Positions 57,386 to 64,000 of a stretch of DNA of 64,000 nt are shown here, piece by piece (position 1 is the first letter of the stretch; each line of letters begins with the position of its first letter). The stretch comes from a virus. The translations under genes were made by a program, and so were the position numbers. The stretch lies in IMG/VR virus record IMGVR_UViG_3300021197_001949, positions 2,984 to 66,983 of that record, one strand, 5' to 3'. The notes beneath the pieces were generated by a model. It saw only the letters and a program-made list of their open reading frames with translations, ran no database searches and was not told the origin of the DNA.

Positions 57386-58655
57386 AAACACTAAACACTG
57401 GCCATCACCTTTTGCTAACACAAGAGAAGTGCCGTTTGTTGACAGTTACCTTACTGTGTTGAAGTCGGTAATAGACGATATACAGACAGAATACTTTTGG
57501 TTCTTCGCAAACTTCATGAATCTCAAAACAATGGATCTTAATTATATTCCAGAACAGCACGAGAGTAAACAGGTACATGTTTGGTACAACACTCATCCGT
57601 TGGGAGGTACCAACAAGGAGGGCAATGTATTTTTATTGCCTACCGAGGCACTTCGGAAACAGATAAAGGATCTAAAATTTTTACGAGACTTCAAAGATAT
57701 TAATTATCATGCCCACACTAATCTTTTTCAAAATTTTATACCTAAGATAAGTTTCAAATTGAAGAATCCTTACACGAGGTACAAAGACACAGAACCAACT
57801 TACTACAAATGGCTACACAACAAAGATTTGGAGCCATCAATAATACCTAACTTTTTTCCTAGTTTTTGGGAGGATGTCAAATTGTATACGTTTGGTGAAA
57901 CAAAGGACGTGATGTTAGTACCTCACAAAGATAATATAAAACAGTTTTATGATATTGATAGGATAGTCCACCATGACCTAGAATATCCGGTCAAGCCAAT
58001 GGACATAATATTCATATCATACGATGAGCCTAGTGCGGAAAAACGATTTAATCAATTAAAGAAAAGGTTTCCCAGAGCCAAATGGGCGAAGAACATCATA
58101 GGACAAACACTTGCTTACATGGCGGCGGCCGCCATGAGCGATACAGATTATTTCTTTGCGGTATTTCCTAAATTAGAAATAGTAGAAAATTTTAAATTTG
58201 ACTTCCAACCAGACAGGCTTAAAAATCCTTGCCATTATATATTCAATTGCAAGAATCCAGTGAATGGACTGGAATACGGACACGGTGCAGTATTACTGTA
58301 CAACAAGGAACTTGTTATGAAAACTACCAATCCCGGACTTGATTTTACTCTGTCAGCACCACACGAAGTTGTACCAATTTTAAGTGCAATAAATCATTTC
58401 AACCAGACACCATGGTTAGCATGGCGTACCTCATTTAGAGAGGTTATTAAATTACTACAAGCAAAACCAACCGTAGAGGGTGTTTATAGATTAAAGAAAT
58501 GGCTCATGATGGGAGAGGGAGAAAACGCAGACTGGGTATTCAAAGGGGCCAATGATGCCAAGAAGTTTTTTGATAAAAACAAAGACAACCATGACGAATT
58601 AATGTTATCATATGATTTTGAATGGTTAAAGAAATATTATGAATCAAAATATTAA
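57351..58655 (+). CDS. two-domain glycosyltransferase-like protein
   Basis: The C-terminal half (DIIFISYDEP, NPVNGLEYGHG, AWRTSFRE) is paralogous to 46181-47083. Confidence 0.6.
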   Translation: MTGFDSIQVRFKNTKHWPSPFANTREVPFVDSYLTVLKSVIDDIQTEYFWFFANFMNLKTMDLNYIPEQHESKQVHVWYNTHPLGGTNKEGNVFLLPTEALRKQIKDLKFLRDFKDINYHAHTNLFQNFIPKISFKLKNPYTRYKDTEPTYYKWLHNKDLEPSIIPNFFPSFWEDVKLYTFGETKDVMLVPHKDNIKQFYDIDRIVHHDLEYPVKPMDIIFISYDEPSAEKRFNQLKKRFPRAKWAKNIIGQTLAYMAAAAMSDTDYFFAVFPKLEIVENFKFDFQPDRLKNPCHYIFNCKNPVNGLEYGHGAVLLYNKELVMKTTNPGLDFTLSAPHEVVPILSAINHFNQTPWLAWRTSFREVIKLLQAKPTVEGVYRLKKWLMMGEGENADWVFKGANDAKKFFDKNKDNHDELMLSYDFEWLKKYYESKY

Positions 58656-59733
58656 GATACCTTTTGTAGATCTATATCCTCAATACGAAGAGGTACAAAC
58701 AGAAATAGACATGGCGATAAAGGACATTATAACAAGATCCGATTTTATCACCGGACCAACTGTTGACAAGTTTGAAAGATCTATATGTGATTACACAGGT
58801 GCAGAAGACTGTGCCAGTATTGGATCTGGAACGAATGCTTTGGTTTGTGCCTTGAAAGCATTGGGAATAGGAGCCGGGGATCAAGTCATGACAGTGGGAC
58901 ACACTTTTGTTTCAACAACAGAAGCAATAGTCAATGTTGGTGCAGAACCTGTCTTCGTCGATATAGACGAGTACTATCATTTAGATACAAAACAGATGCA
59001 GTCGAATGATAGACTCAAAGCCATACTATTTGTAGATCTTTATGGACAGACTCCGGACATAAGCAAAATTAAAGATTTTGCCAAGCAGTTTAACTTGAAA
59101 GTGATCCAAGATGCCGCACAGAGTTTTGGTTCAGAGTATAAAGGTAAGAAAGTAGGAAGTTTAGTCGACCTTACTTGTTTCAGTTTCAACCCTGTTAAGA
59201 ACCTAGGAGCCATGGGTGACGCAGGTGCAGTGACGGGCCGTAAAGAATTTGTTGATAAAGTGAGAATGTACAGGGATCACGGAAGAAAGACAAAATTTGA
59301 ATACGACACTGTTGGCTACAACGCAAGGATAGACAATCTACAAGCGGTCATTGTCCAAGCAAAACTGAAAAAGATAGACGCTTGGTTGGATAAGAAAAGA
59401 CAGATATGCAGAAAGTACACAGATCAACTTAAAGACATAGTGGAATGTCCTAAGGAAGCACCATGGTCAAAGCACACCTACTACGTGTATGTCATACACA
59501 CACCCGAAGGCACACGTGATACTCTACAAACATTTTTAAGAGACAAAGGTATAGCCACCAACATACATTATAAATTCCCAACACACAAAACGAAAGCATT
59601 TGATAATGGTACAATACTACCAAGAACAGAATATATATGTGACAATATAATTAGTCTGCCTTGCTATCACACACTGCCAGAACATCATCAAGACTACATA
59701 ATCAAGGCCATAAAGGAGTTCTATGGAGATTAG
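58639..59733 (+). CDS. DegT/DnrJ/EryC1/StrS PLP-dependent sugar aminotransferase
   Basis: IPFVDL, QDAAQSFG, FSFNPVKNLGAMGDAG and GYNARID. Confidence 0.93.
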   Translation: MNQNIKIPFVDLYPQYEEVQTEIDMAIKDIITRSDFITGPTVDKFERSICDYTGAEDCASIGSGTNALVCALKALGIGAGDQVMTVGHTFVSTTEAIVNVGAEPVFVDIDEYYHLDTKQMQSNDRLKAILFVDLYGQTPDISKIKDFAKQFNLKVIQDAAQSFGSEYKGKKVGSLVDLTCFSFNPVKNLGAMGDAGAVTGRKEFVDKVRMYRDHGRKTKFEYDTVGYNARIDNLQAVIVQAKLKKIDAWLDKKRQICRKYTDQLKDIVECPKEAPWSKHTYYVYVIHTPEGTRDTLQTFLRDKGIATNIHYKFPTHKTKAFDNGTILPRTEYICDNIISLPCYHTLPEHHQDYIIKAIKEFYGD

Positions 59734-60601
59734 TCTAGTTGGTGCAGGATACTGGGGATCAAAATTAAAAGCAGAACTTGAGACGATACCTGGTGTTGAT
59801 GCAATAGAAATAATTGATATAAAAGACGGCAAGGATCTCAAGGACATCAAGTACAACAATGTGATACTGGCCACACCTGCTTGGGATCACTACAATCAAA
59901 CTGTGAAACTACTTCAGCAGGACAAAAATCTATATGTGGAGAAACCACTTGCTTTGACTTGCACAGACTGTTGTATAATAAAAAGTTTCCTACGTGAACA
60001 GACATTAATGGTGGGACATATCTTCTTGTACAATGACAGGGTGCATAAGATAAAAGAACTTCTGCCTGAAATAGGTGATGTACAACATATCGAAATGAAC
60101 AGGCTCAATTGGGGCAGATTTCAGACAAAAATAAGCACACTGCACAGTTTGGCACCACACGATGTCAGCATAATACATTATTGGTTGGGCACTCATGATT
60201 TCCAAAACATCAAACACAGGGGCCAAAAGTACAGCGGTAAAGTACAGAACGACAGGGATGAGTTCTCATTTACTTGCAATCGTATTCCAATTGACTTCAA
60301 CCTAAGTTGGTACCATCCAGAAAAAGTTCGTACAACAACTATAATAGGAACAAAAGGGATGATTTTTTGGGATGAAGAAACAAAGTTAATAAAACTAGTA
60401 ACAAATATATGGAATGGAGACAGGATGAACTACGAACCTACTGTAGTGGAATACCAAGTATCATCTAATCCTTTGCGTAATGAATTGATAGAATTTGTGG
60501 AGTGTGTGAAAGAAAAAAGGACACCTCTTTCTGATGTTGACAATGCGATTGCAGTAGCAAAAAATTTAGATTTACTTTTTAAAAGTCTTAGCCATAATTA
60601 G
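59723..60601 (+). CDS. Gfo/Idh/MocA family oxidoreductase
   Basis: VGAGYWG, YVEKPL, MVGHIFLYN and LAPHDVS. Confidence 0.88.
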   Translation: MEISLVGAGYWGSKLKAELETIPGVDAIEIIDIKDGKDLKDIKYNNVILATPAWDHYNQTVKLLQQDKNLYVEKPLALTCTDCCIIKSFLREQTLMVGHIFLYNDRVHKIKELLPEIGDVQHIEMNRLNWGRFQTKISTLHSLAPHDVSIIHYWLGTHDFQNIKHRGQKYSGKVQNDRDEFSFTCNRIPIDFNLSWYHPEKVRTTTIIGTKGMIFWDEETKLIKLVTNIWNGDRMNYEPTVVEYQVSSNPLRNELIEFVECVKEKRTPLSDVDNAIAVAKNLDLLFKSLSHN

Positions 60602-60916
60602 AGAAGTCCTAGATTCCATATCCTTTTTCAAAGCAGGGATGTCAAATTTCATATCTACACTTTTAATTTTCATGTAGTTTTGTTCTATTGTTTTTTTTAA
60701 GAATCTAGCGATAGTATCTTGCTTTTTAGATTTTAACTCTTTGGCTATATCGTAGTGTATGGTGAGATTATTTTTTAGTATAATGTTTATGTACATTAGG
60801 TACTTGACCGGCATGTTCTGAAAGTGTAGTCCCTCTAGAACCTCCGGCCATTCCTTGACGAAATCTTGCGTCAACTGTACCCATGTCTTATTTCTTCGCG
60901 GGTGTTTTTTTGGCAT
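60572..60916 (-). CDS. hypothetical protein
   Basis: MPKKHPRR...VKEWPEVL; converges on and overlaps the oxidoreductase 3' end; start uncertain. Confidence 0.6.
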   Translation of the reverse strand: MPKKHPRRNKTWVQLTQDFVKEWPEVLEGLHFQNMPVKYLMYINIILKNNLTIHYDIAKELKSKKQDTIARFLKKTIEQNYMKIKSVDMKFDIPALKKDMESRTSLIMAKTFKK

Positions 60917-61424
60917 CCGCTTTCTTGGTAGTCTTTTCTGCTGGTGCATCAGGATCAGTGGCCATGTCTTTTACTGATATGCCTTTCTCCTTGGCAACCA
61001 TCTCGTTCAACTTGTTAAGAAGGATCCTTCCATCGGCAGTATTGCCAAATGTGACCATTATCTCGTTGGTCTTGAACTTCTTGATGTAGTTGTCGTTGTG
61101 CATCATTGCCAACATATTAGTTCCGTCTGGGAACGTCTGTCTACTGGCGAAGTCCGCAAACTCATCAGCAGATTGTCCACCTTCTGATTCCACAGCCTTC
61201 ATTAATGCATTGTGATACAAGTCCGGCAAGAACTTTGTTCCTACTACTAGACAGTTGTTGGGTTCACCAGGCACAGTTCTGTACATGATTACTACCTTCG
61301 CTCCACCGTCCACAAGTTCTCCAATGTGTTTGAAGTGTCTCTTTGGACCTGTTTGCCCTTCACCTGCTCCTGAGTCTGCACCCATTGGCATGGCTTGGTC
61401 GTTAACGTTCATTAGTGTTGCCAT
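60888..61424 (-). CDS. hypothetical protein
   Basis: 178 aa ORF with a Lys-rich tail, in an operon. Confidence 0.7.
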   Translation of the reverse strand: MATLMNVNDQAMPMGADSGAGEGQTGPKRHFKHIGELVDGGAKVVIMYRTVPGEPNNCLVVGTKFLPDLYHNALMKAVESEGGQSADEFADFASRQTFPDGTNMLAMMHNDNYIKKFKTNEIMVTFGNTADGRILLNKLNEMVAKEKGISVKDMATDPDAPAEKTTKKADAKKTPAKK

Positions 61425-61425
61425 A

Positions 61426-61749
61426 TTATTTTCCTTCCGCAGTCGCTGGTGCCGTTACTGGTGCCGTTGCTCCTGCTATTCCTTCAGGCCTTTGTTCTGG
61501 TGCCACCTTGGCCAAGAACGCCTGTAACTTATTGTAGATGTATCCTACGCCTGACATTTCACTAGCCTTGAACGCACCTCTAGTTGATGCCACGTCAAGT
61601 ATTGTCATAAGATTTTTCAAGTCGCCGATCGACAAAGCAGTTGGATCCGGTTGCGGAGCCTGTTGCCCTGCTGATGCAGTAGATCCGGCCGTCGCCGTTT
61701 CTGGTGCTTCAACTGTTTCGTTGGCTTTTGTATTTTCTTCGTTTGCCAT
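61426..61749 (-). CDS. hypothetical protein
   Basis: LSIGDL...IDVASTRGAFKASEM-type core; AGGAG SD. Confidence 0.7.
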   Translation of the reverse strand: MANEENTKANETVEAPETATAGSTASAGQQAPQPDPTALSIGDLKNLMTILDVASTRGAFKASEMSGVGYIYNKLQAFLAKVAPEQRPEGIAGATAPVTAPATAEGK

Positions 61750-61788
61750 TTTTTTTCTCCTAATTGCAATTGGTATTAATATACGTAT

Positions 61789-61817
61789 ATTATACTAAAA
61801 TTAGTTATGGAGTGCAA
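61789..61817 (-). promoter_or_regulatory. strong sigma70 promoter
   Basis: TTGCAC (61817-61812), 17-nt spacer, TATAAT (61794-61789). Confidence 0.75.
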
Positions 61818-61820
61818 CGA

Positions 61821-62087
61821 TTAGTTTTGATTGATTTGGGCAATGCCACTAAGTGCGAACAGTGTTAGGTCACCTGGGTTCTCAAAACCAAGTACAGTGA
61901 TTGATCTCGAATTGTCACCTTGGTAAATGACGTCTTTGGTAATTGAATATCTGCCTGAACAGTTCTCATAGATCCATTTACGCATCTTCTCTATGTCAGA
62001 CTCATGTGCTTTCACCACAGTGTTCACGAAGTGTGGTGGTAACATGTCTAGTTCTCTCTTGAAGAAATTATTTGGATTTACTTTCAT
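61821..62087 (-). CDS. hypothetical protein
   Basis: MKVNPNNFF...WIYENCSGRY...GFENPGDLTLF; ATG overlaps the upstream stop. Confidence 0.65.
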   Translation of the reverse strand: MKVNPNNFFKRELDMLPPHFVNTVVKAHESDIEKMRKWIYENCSGRYSITKDVIYQGDNSRSITVLGFENPGDLTLFALSGIAQINQN

Positions 62088-62446
62088 TAGGCTCCCCAAA
62101 CGTCGTCGTACATTGGTGGTTCTTCGGTAGAAGGTTTCTTAGTGTGTGGTAGCCCATGGAACTGCTTGAACGTGTAGTATGCCGCAAATATTATTGCCAC
62201 GTGTCCACCAAACCATCCTAGCCATATGTCGGTCCTCATAACTCCCCATATGTAAATGGTAAAAGCAGTGGACCAAATGAAACTTAAAGTAAGGAGTAAT
62301 TGTAATCTCACTGTTTTTGGTAATGCACGTAGATCGTTTTTGGAATCGTCAAATAGAACAGATGCAGTATCGATCATCCAGTTGCGTAGATTCTTTACTT
62401 TGACCATTTTGCCTGAATACGGGTTTGTGTTTGGAAATAACATCAT
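62087..62446 (-). CDS. membrane protein (two hydrophobic helices)
   Basis: LQLLLTLSFIWSTAFTIYIW and WFGGHVAIIFAAYYTF; ATG at 62446 in a TAATG overlap. Confidence 0.65.
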   Translation of the reverse strand: MMLFPNTNPYSGKMVKVKNLRNWMIDTASVLFDDSKNDLRALPKTVRLQLLLTLSFIWSTAFTIYIWGVMRTDIWLGWFGGHVAIIFAAYYTFKQFHGLPHTKKPSTEEPPMYDDVWGA

Positions 62447-62517
62447 TACAACATCCAATTCAAAATTATTAATATGAACGCCATAATAATTGTGGCTTTT
62501 ATAATTGGGCCGATCAT
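62446..62517 (-). CDS. 23-aa hydrophobic micropeptide
   Basis: MIGPIIKATIIMAFILIILNWML; coupled on both sides (ATGA and TAATG). Confidence 0.5.
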   Translation of the reverse strand: MIGPIIKATIIMAFILIILNWML

Positions 62518-62624
62518 GATAGGTAATTCCATAATGCTAAAAATAACAATCCAAAACTCATTATGGATATCGACACTTCGTTTAAGAACCAATCCTTGAA
62601 AGTTTCCCAAAGTAATCTAATCAT
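62514..62624 (-). CDS. 36-aa membrane micropeptide
   Basis: MIRLLWETFKDWFLNEVSISIMSFGLLFLALWNYLS; overlaps the vWA gene stop and the next start. Confidence 0.5.
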   Translation of the reverse strand: MIRLLWETFKDWFLNEVSISIMSFGLLFLALWNYLS

Positions 62625-63846
62625 TGTACTGTACTGTTAGTCCGAAAGGAGCCTCTATGTCCCTTTCGTATGGATTGTTGATTAAGAATATAGTGTCACA
62701 GTAGTGTTGGTCACCCCATGTTTCGAAAGGCCAACCGTCTGTGAACATCACGAATTTCTTTGGTTCGATGCCTTGCTCTTTCATGTATTCCCAATTACAT
62801 TCAAACTCTGTACCACCACCTGAACCCAACTCGTAGTCTAGCAATTCGTCTGCATTATCTGGTGTGAATACCTTTGGATTGAACACCGCAGTATCAAATG
62901 ACCATAAATGTATTCTGAAGTCCTTGTATTGATCCATTATGTTCTTAACTTCTGTCAAGAACTCTTTGCACTGGTCGTTGCTGATCGAACCACTGGCATC
63001 AAGTGCCAAACAAATATCAATCATCTCATCATTGTTTTGTCCTGGTAGTATGGCAGATGTGTGCCAACTTTTTCTGCTGGGTCTCATCCAAGTGTAGTCT
63101 GACTTCAATGTGCTCATTATCTGTTGTTGCAGTATTTCTCTCCAGTCCATTTTAGGCTCTGTGAGATCCTTGACCAATCTCTGTAAAGCACCTGGTAGAT
63201 TACTTGCACCTGTGCTCTGTGCCGCACTCACCATCGCTTCTTTTACTTCATCTCTGATCTTCTTAAGTTCTTCTTTTGTGTAAACCGGCTTGCCACCTTT
63301 CTTGCCGTCCTTGTCACCTTTACCTTGACCTTCACCATCTCCCTTGCCCCACTCCTGGTGATCGTCCATCAGCTCGCCGAGTTTCTCTAACATCTTCTTG
63401 CCGTTCTTCTTGGCCTGCTTGTAGATGTCATCGTATATTCTTTCTGATGCCCAGTCCTTGTACTTGTCGTCCTGGAAGCCTTTGTTCTCACCTTTCTTGC
63501 CTTTGGGCATCTCACCGATGTTTGAGTCTTTCAATATCTGGTTAACGGCATAGTCCGCCGCGATGTTCCAAAGTTGTGGATCTCTGTCACCAATCCTCAC
63601 CAGCATGTGTTCGAATACATTGTGCAACACTTCATGACCAAACAAGAACTCTGCTTCTTTGGGTGTAAGTGAATCTATGAACTTCGTGTTGTAGAAGAAG
63701 TGTCTACCATCTGTACCTGCTGTGGGACACCATTCATCTGCGTTCACAAGTTTCAATCTAGTTGCAAGGTTACCAAAGAACGGATGCTTCAGTAGTAAGG
63801 CAATCCTTGCCGTTACCAATTTATCTATGATTCTTTGATCTGACAC
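62617..63846 (-). CDS. metallopeptidase-vWA domain protein (DUF2201-like)
   Basis: TAGTDG, HEVLH (HExxH), WNIAADYAVN, MIDAS-type DASGS, GGGTEF and FTDG. Confidence 0.85.
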   Translation of the reverse strand: MSDQRIIDKLVTARIALLLKHPFFGNLATRLKLVNADEWCPTAGTDGRHFFYNTKFIDSLTPKEAEFLFGHEVLHNVFEHMLVRIGDRDPQLWNIAADYAVNQILKDSNIGEMPKGKKGENKGFQDDKYKDWASERIYDDIYKQAKKNGKKMLEKLGELMDDHQEWGKGDGEGQGKGDKDGKKGGKPVYTKEELKKIRDEVKEAMVSAAQSTGASNLPGALQRLVKDLTEPKMDWREILQQQIMSTLKSDYTWMRPSRKSWHTSAILPGQNNDEMIDICLALDASGSISNDQCKEFLTEVKNIMDQYKDFRIHLWSFDTAVFNPKVFTPDNADELLDYELGSGGGTEFECNWEYMKEQGIEPKKFVMFTDGWPFETWGDQHYCDTIFLINNPYERDIEAPFGLTVQYND

Positions 63847-64000
63847 TATTTAGACTCCATAGCAGTTATGACATACTTGCCAAACTTCTTATGGAACCTA
63901 TCAAATGATTTCAACTTGCTAGGATCGAACGGAAGTTTGTAATTTGTTAAGGCAATCTTCGCACCCATAACAACCAACTCTGTCTCGAAGTTGTCCATCA
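63846..64000 (-). CDS. C-terminus of a probable AAA+ (MoxR-like) ATPase (partial)
   Basis: ...MDNFETELVVMGAKIALTNYKLPFDPSKLKSFDRFHKKFGKYVITAMESK*. The call rests on the usual pairing with DUF2201/vWA genes; ATPase motifs lie outside the window. Confidence 0.55.
   Translation of the reverse strand, partial: MDNFETELVVMGAKIALTNYKLPFDPSKLKSFDRFHKKFGKYVITAMESK

Noticed and set aside
105-63545. Numerous 60-210 aa antisense or alternate-frame ORFs in the track (e.g. 573-1019, 35767-36333, 55526-56167)
   Set aside because: They are shadows of well-supported genes on the opposite strand or frame, with no motifs or initiation signals.
1-64000. Stop-codon reassignment
   Set aside because: Genes are full-length in code 11, and TAA, TAG and TGA all end genes at tight junctions.

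Overview
This window is a gene-dense segment of a large lytic T4-superfamily-like (myovirus) phage genome, read in standard code 11 with many TAATG/ATGA overlaps. From left to right it holds: portal; tape-measure-like protein; a gp26/gp51-like pair joined by a perfect -1 slippery site; a ~420-nt structured non-coding element head-to-head with a GIY-YIG gene; an Hc1-like protein; gp46/gp47 recombination nuclease; gp55-like late sigma factor; a baseplate operon (gp53, hub, gp5, gp25, gp6 and a 4296-aa protein); paralogous fibres; and a Gly-rich adhesin ending in a Hint domain. A ~21-kb block rich in tailoring enzymes follows: hydroxylase, SDR, GNAT, glycosyltransferases, five tandem radical SAM proteins, carbamoyltransferase, epimerase, DegT and Gfo/Idh/MocA. 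The window ends with minus-strand hypotheticals and a vWA-metallopeptidase/AAA pair. The strongest novelty candidates are (i) the large structured RNA or origin element at ~6136-6557 and (ii) a putative virion-decoration system linking the tailoring enzymes to a strongly repeated DGST motif and a Hint-processed adhesin. I saw no tRNA, rRNA or CRISPR array. All protein calls come from motif recognition by eye, not database searches.
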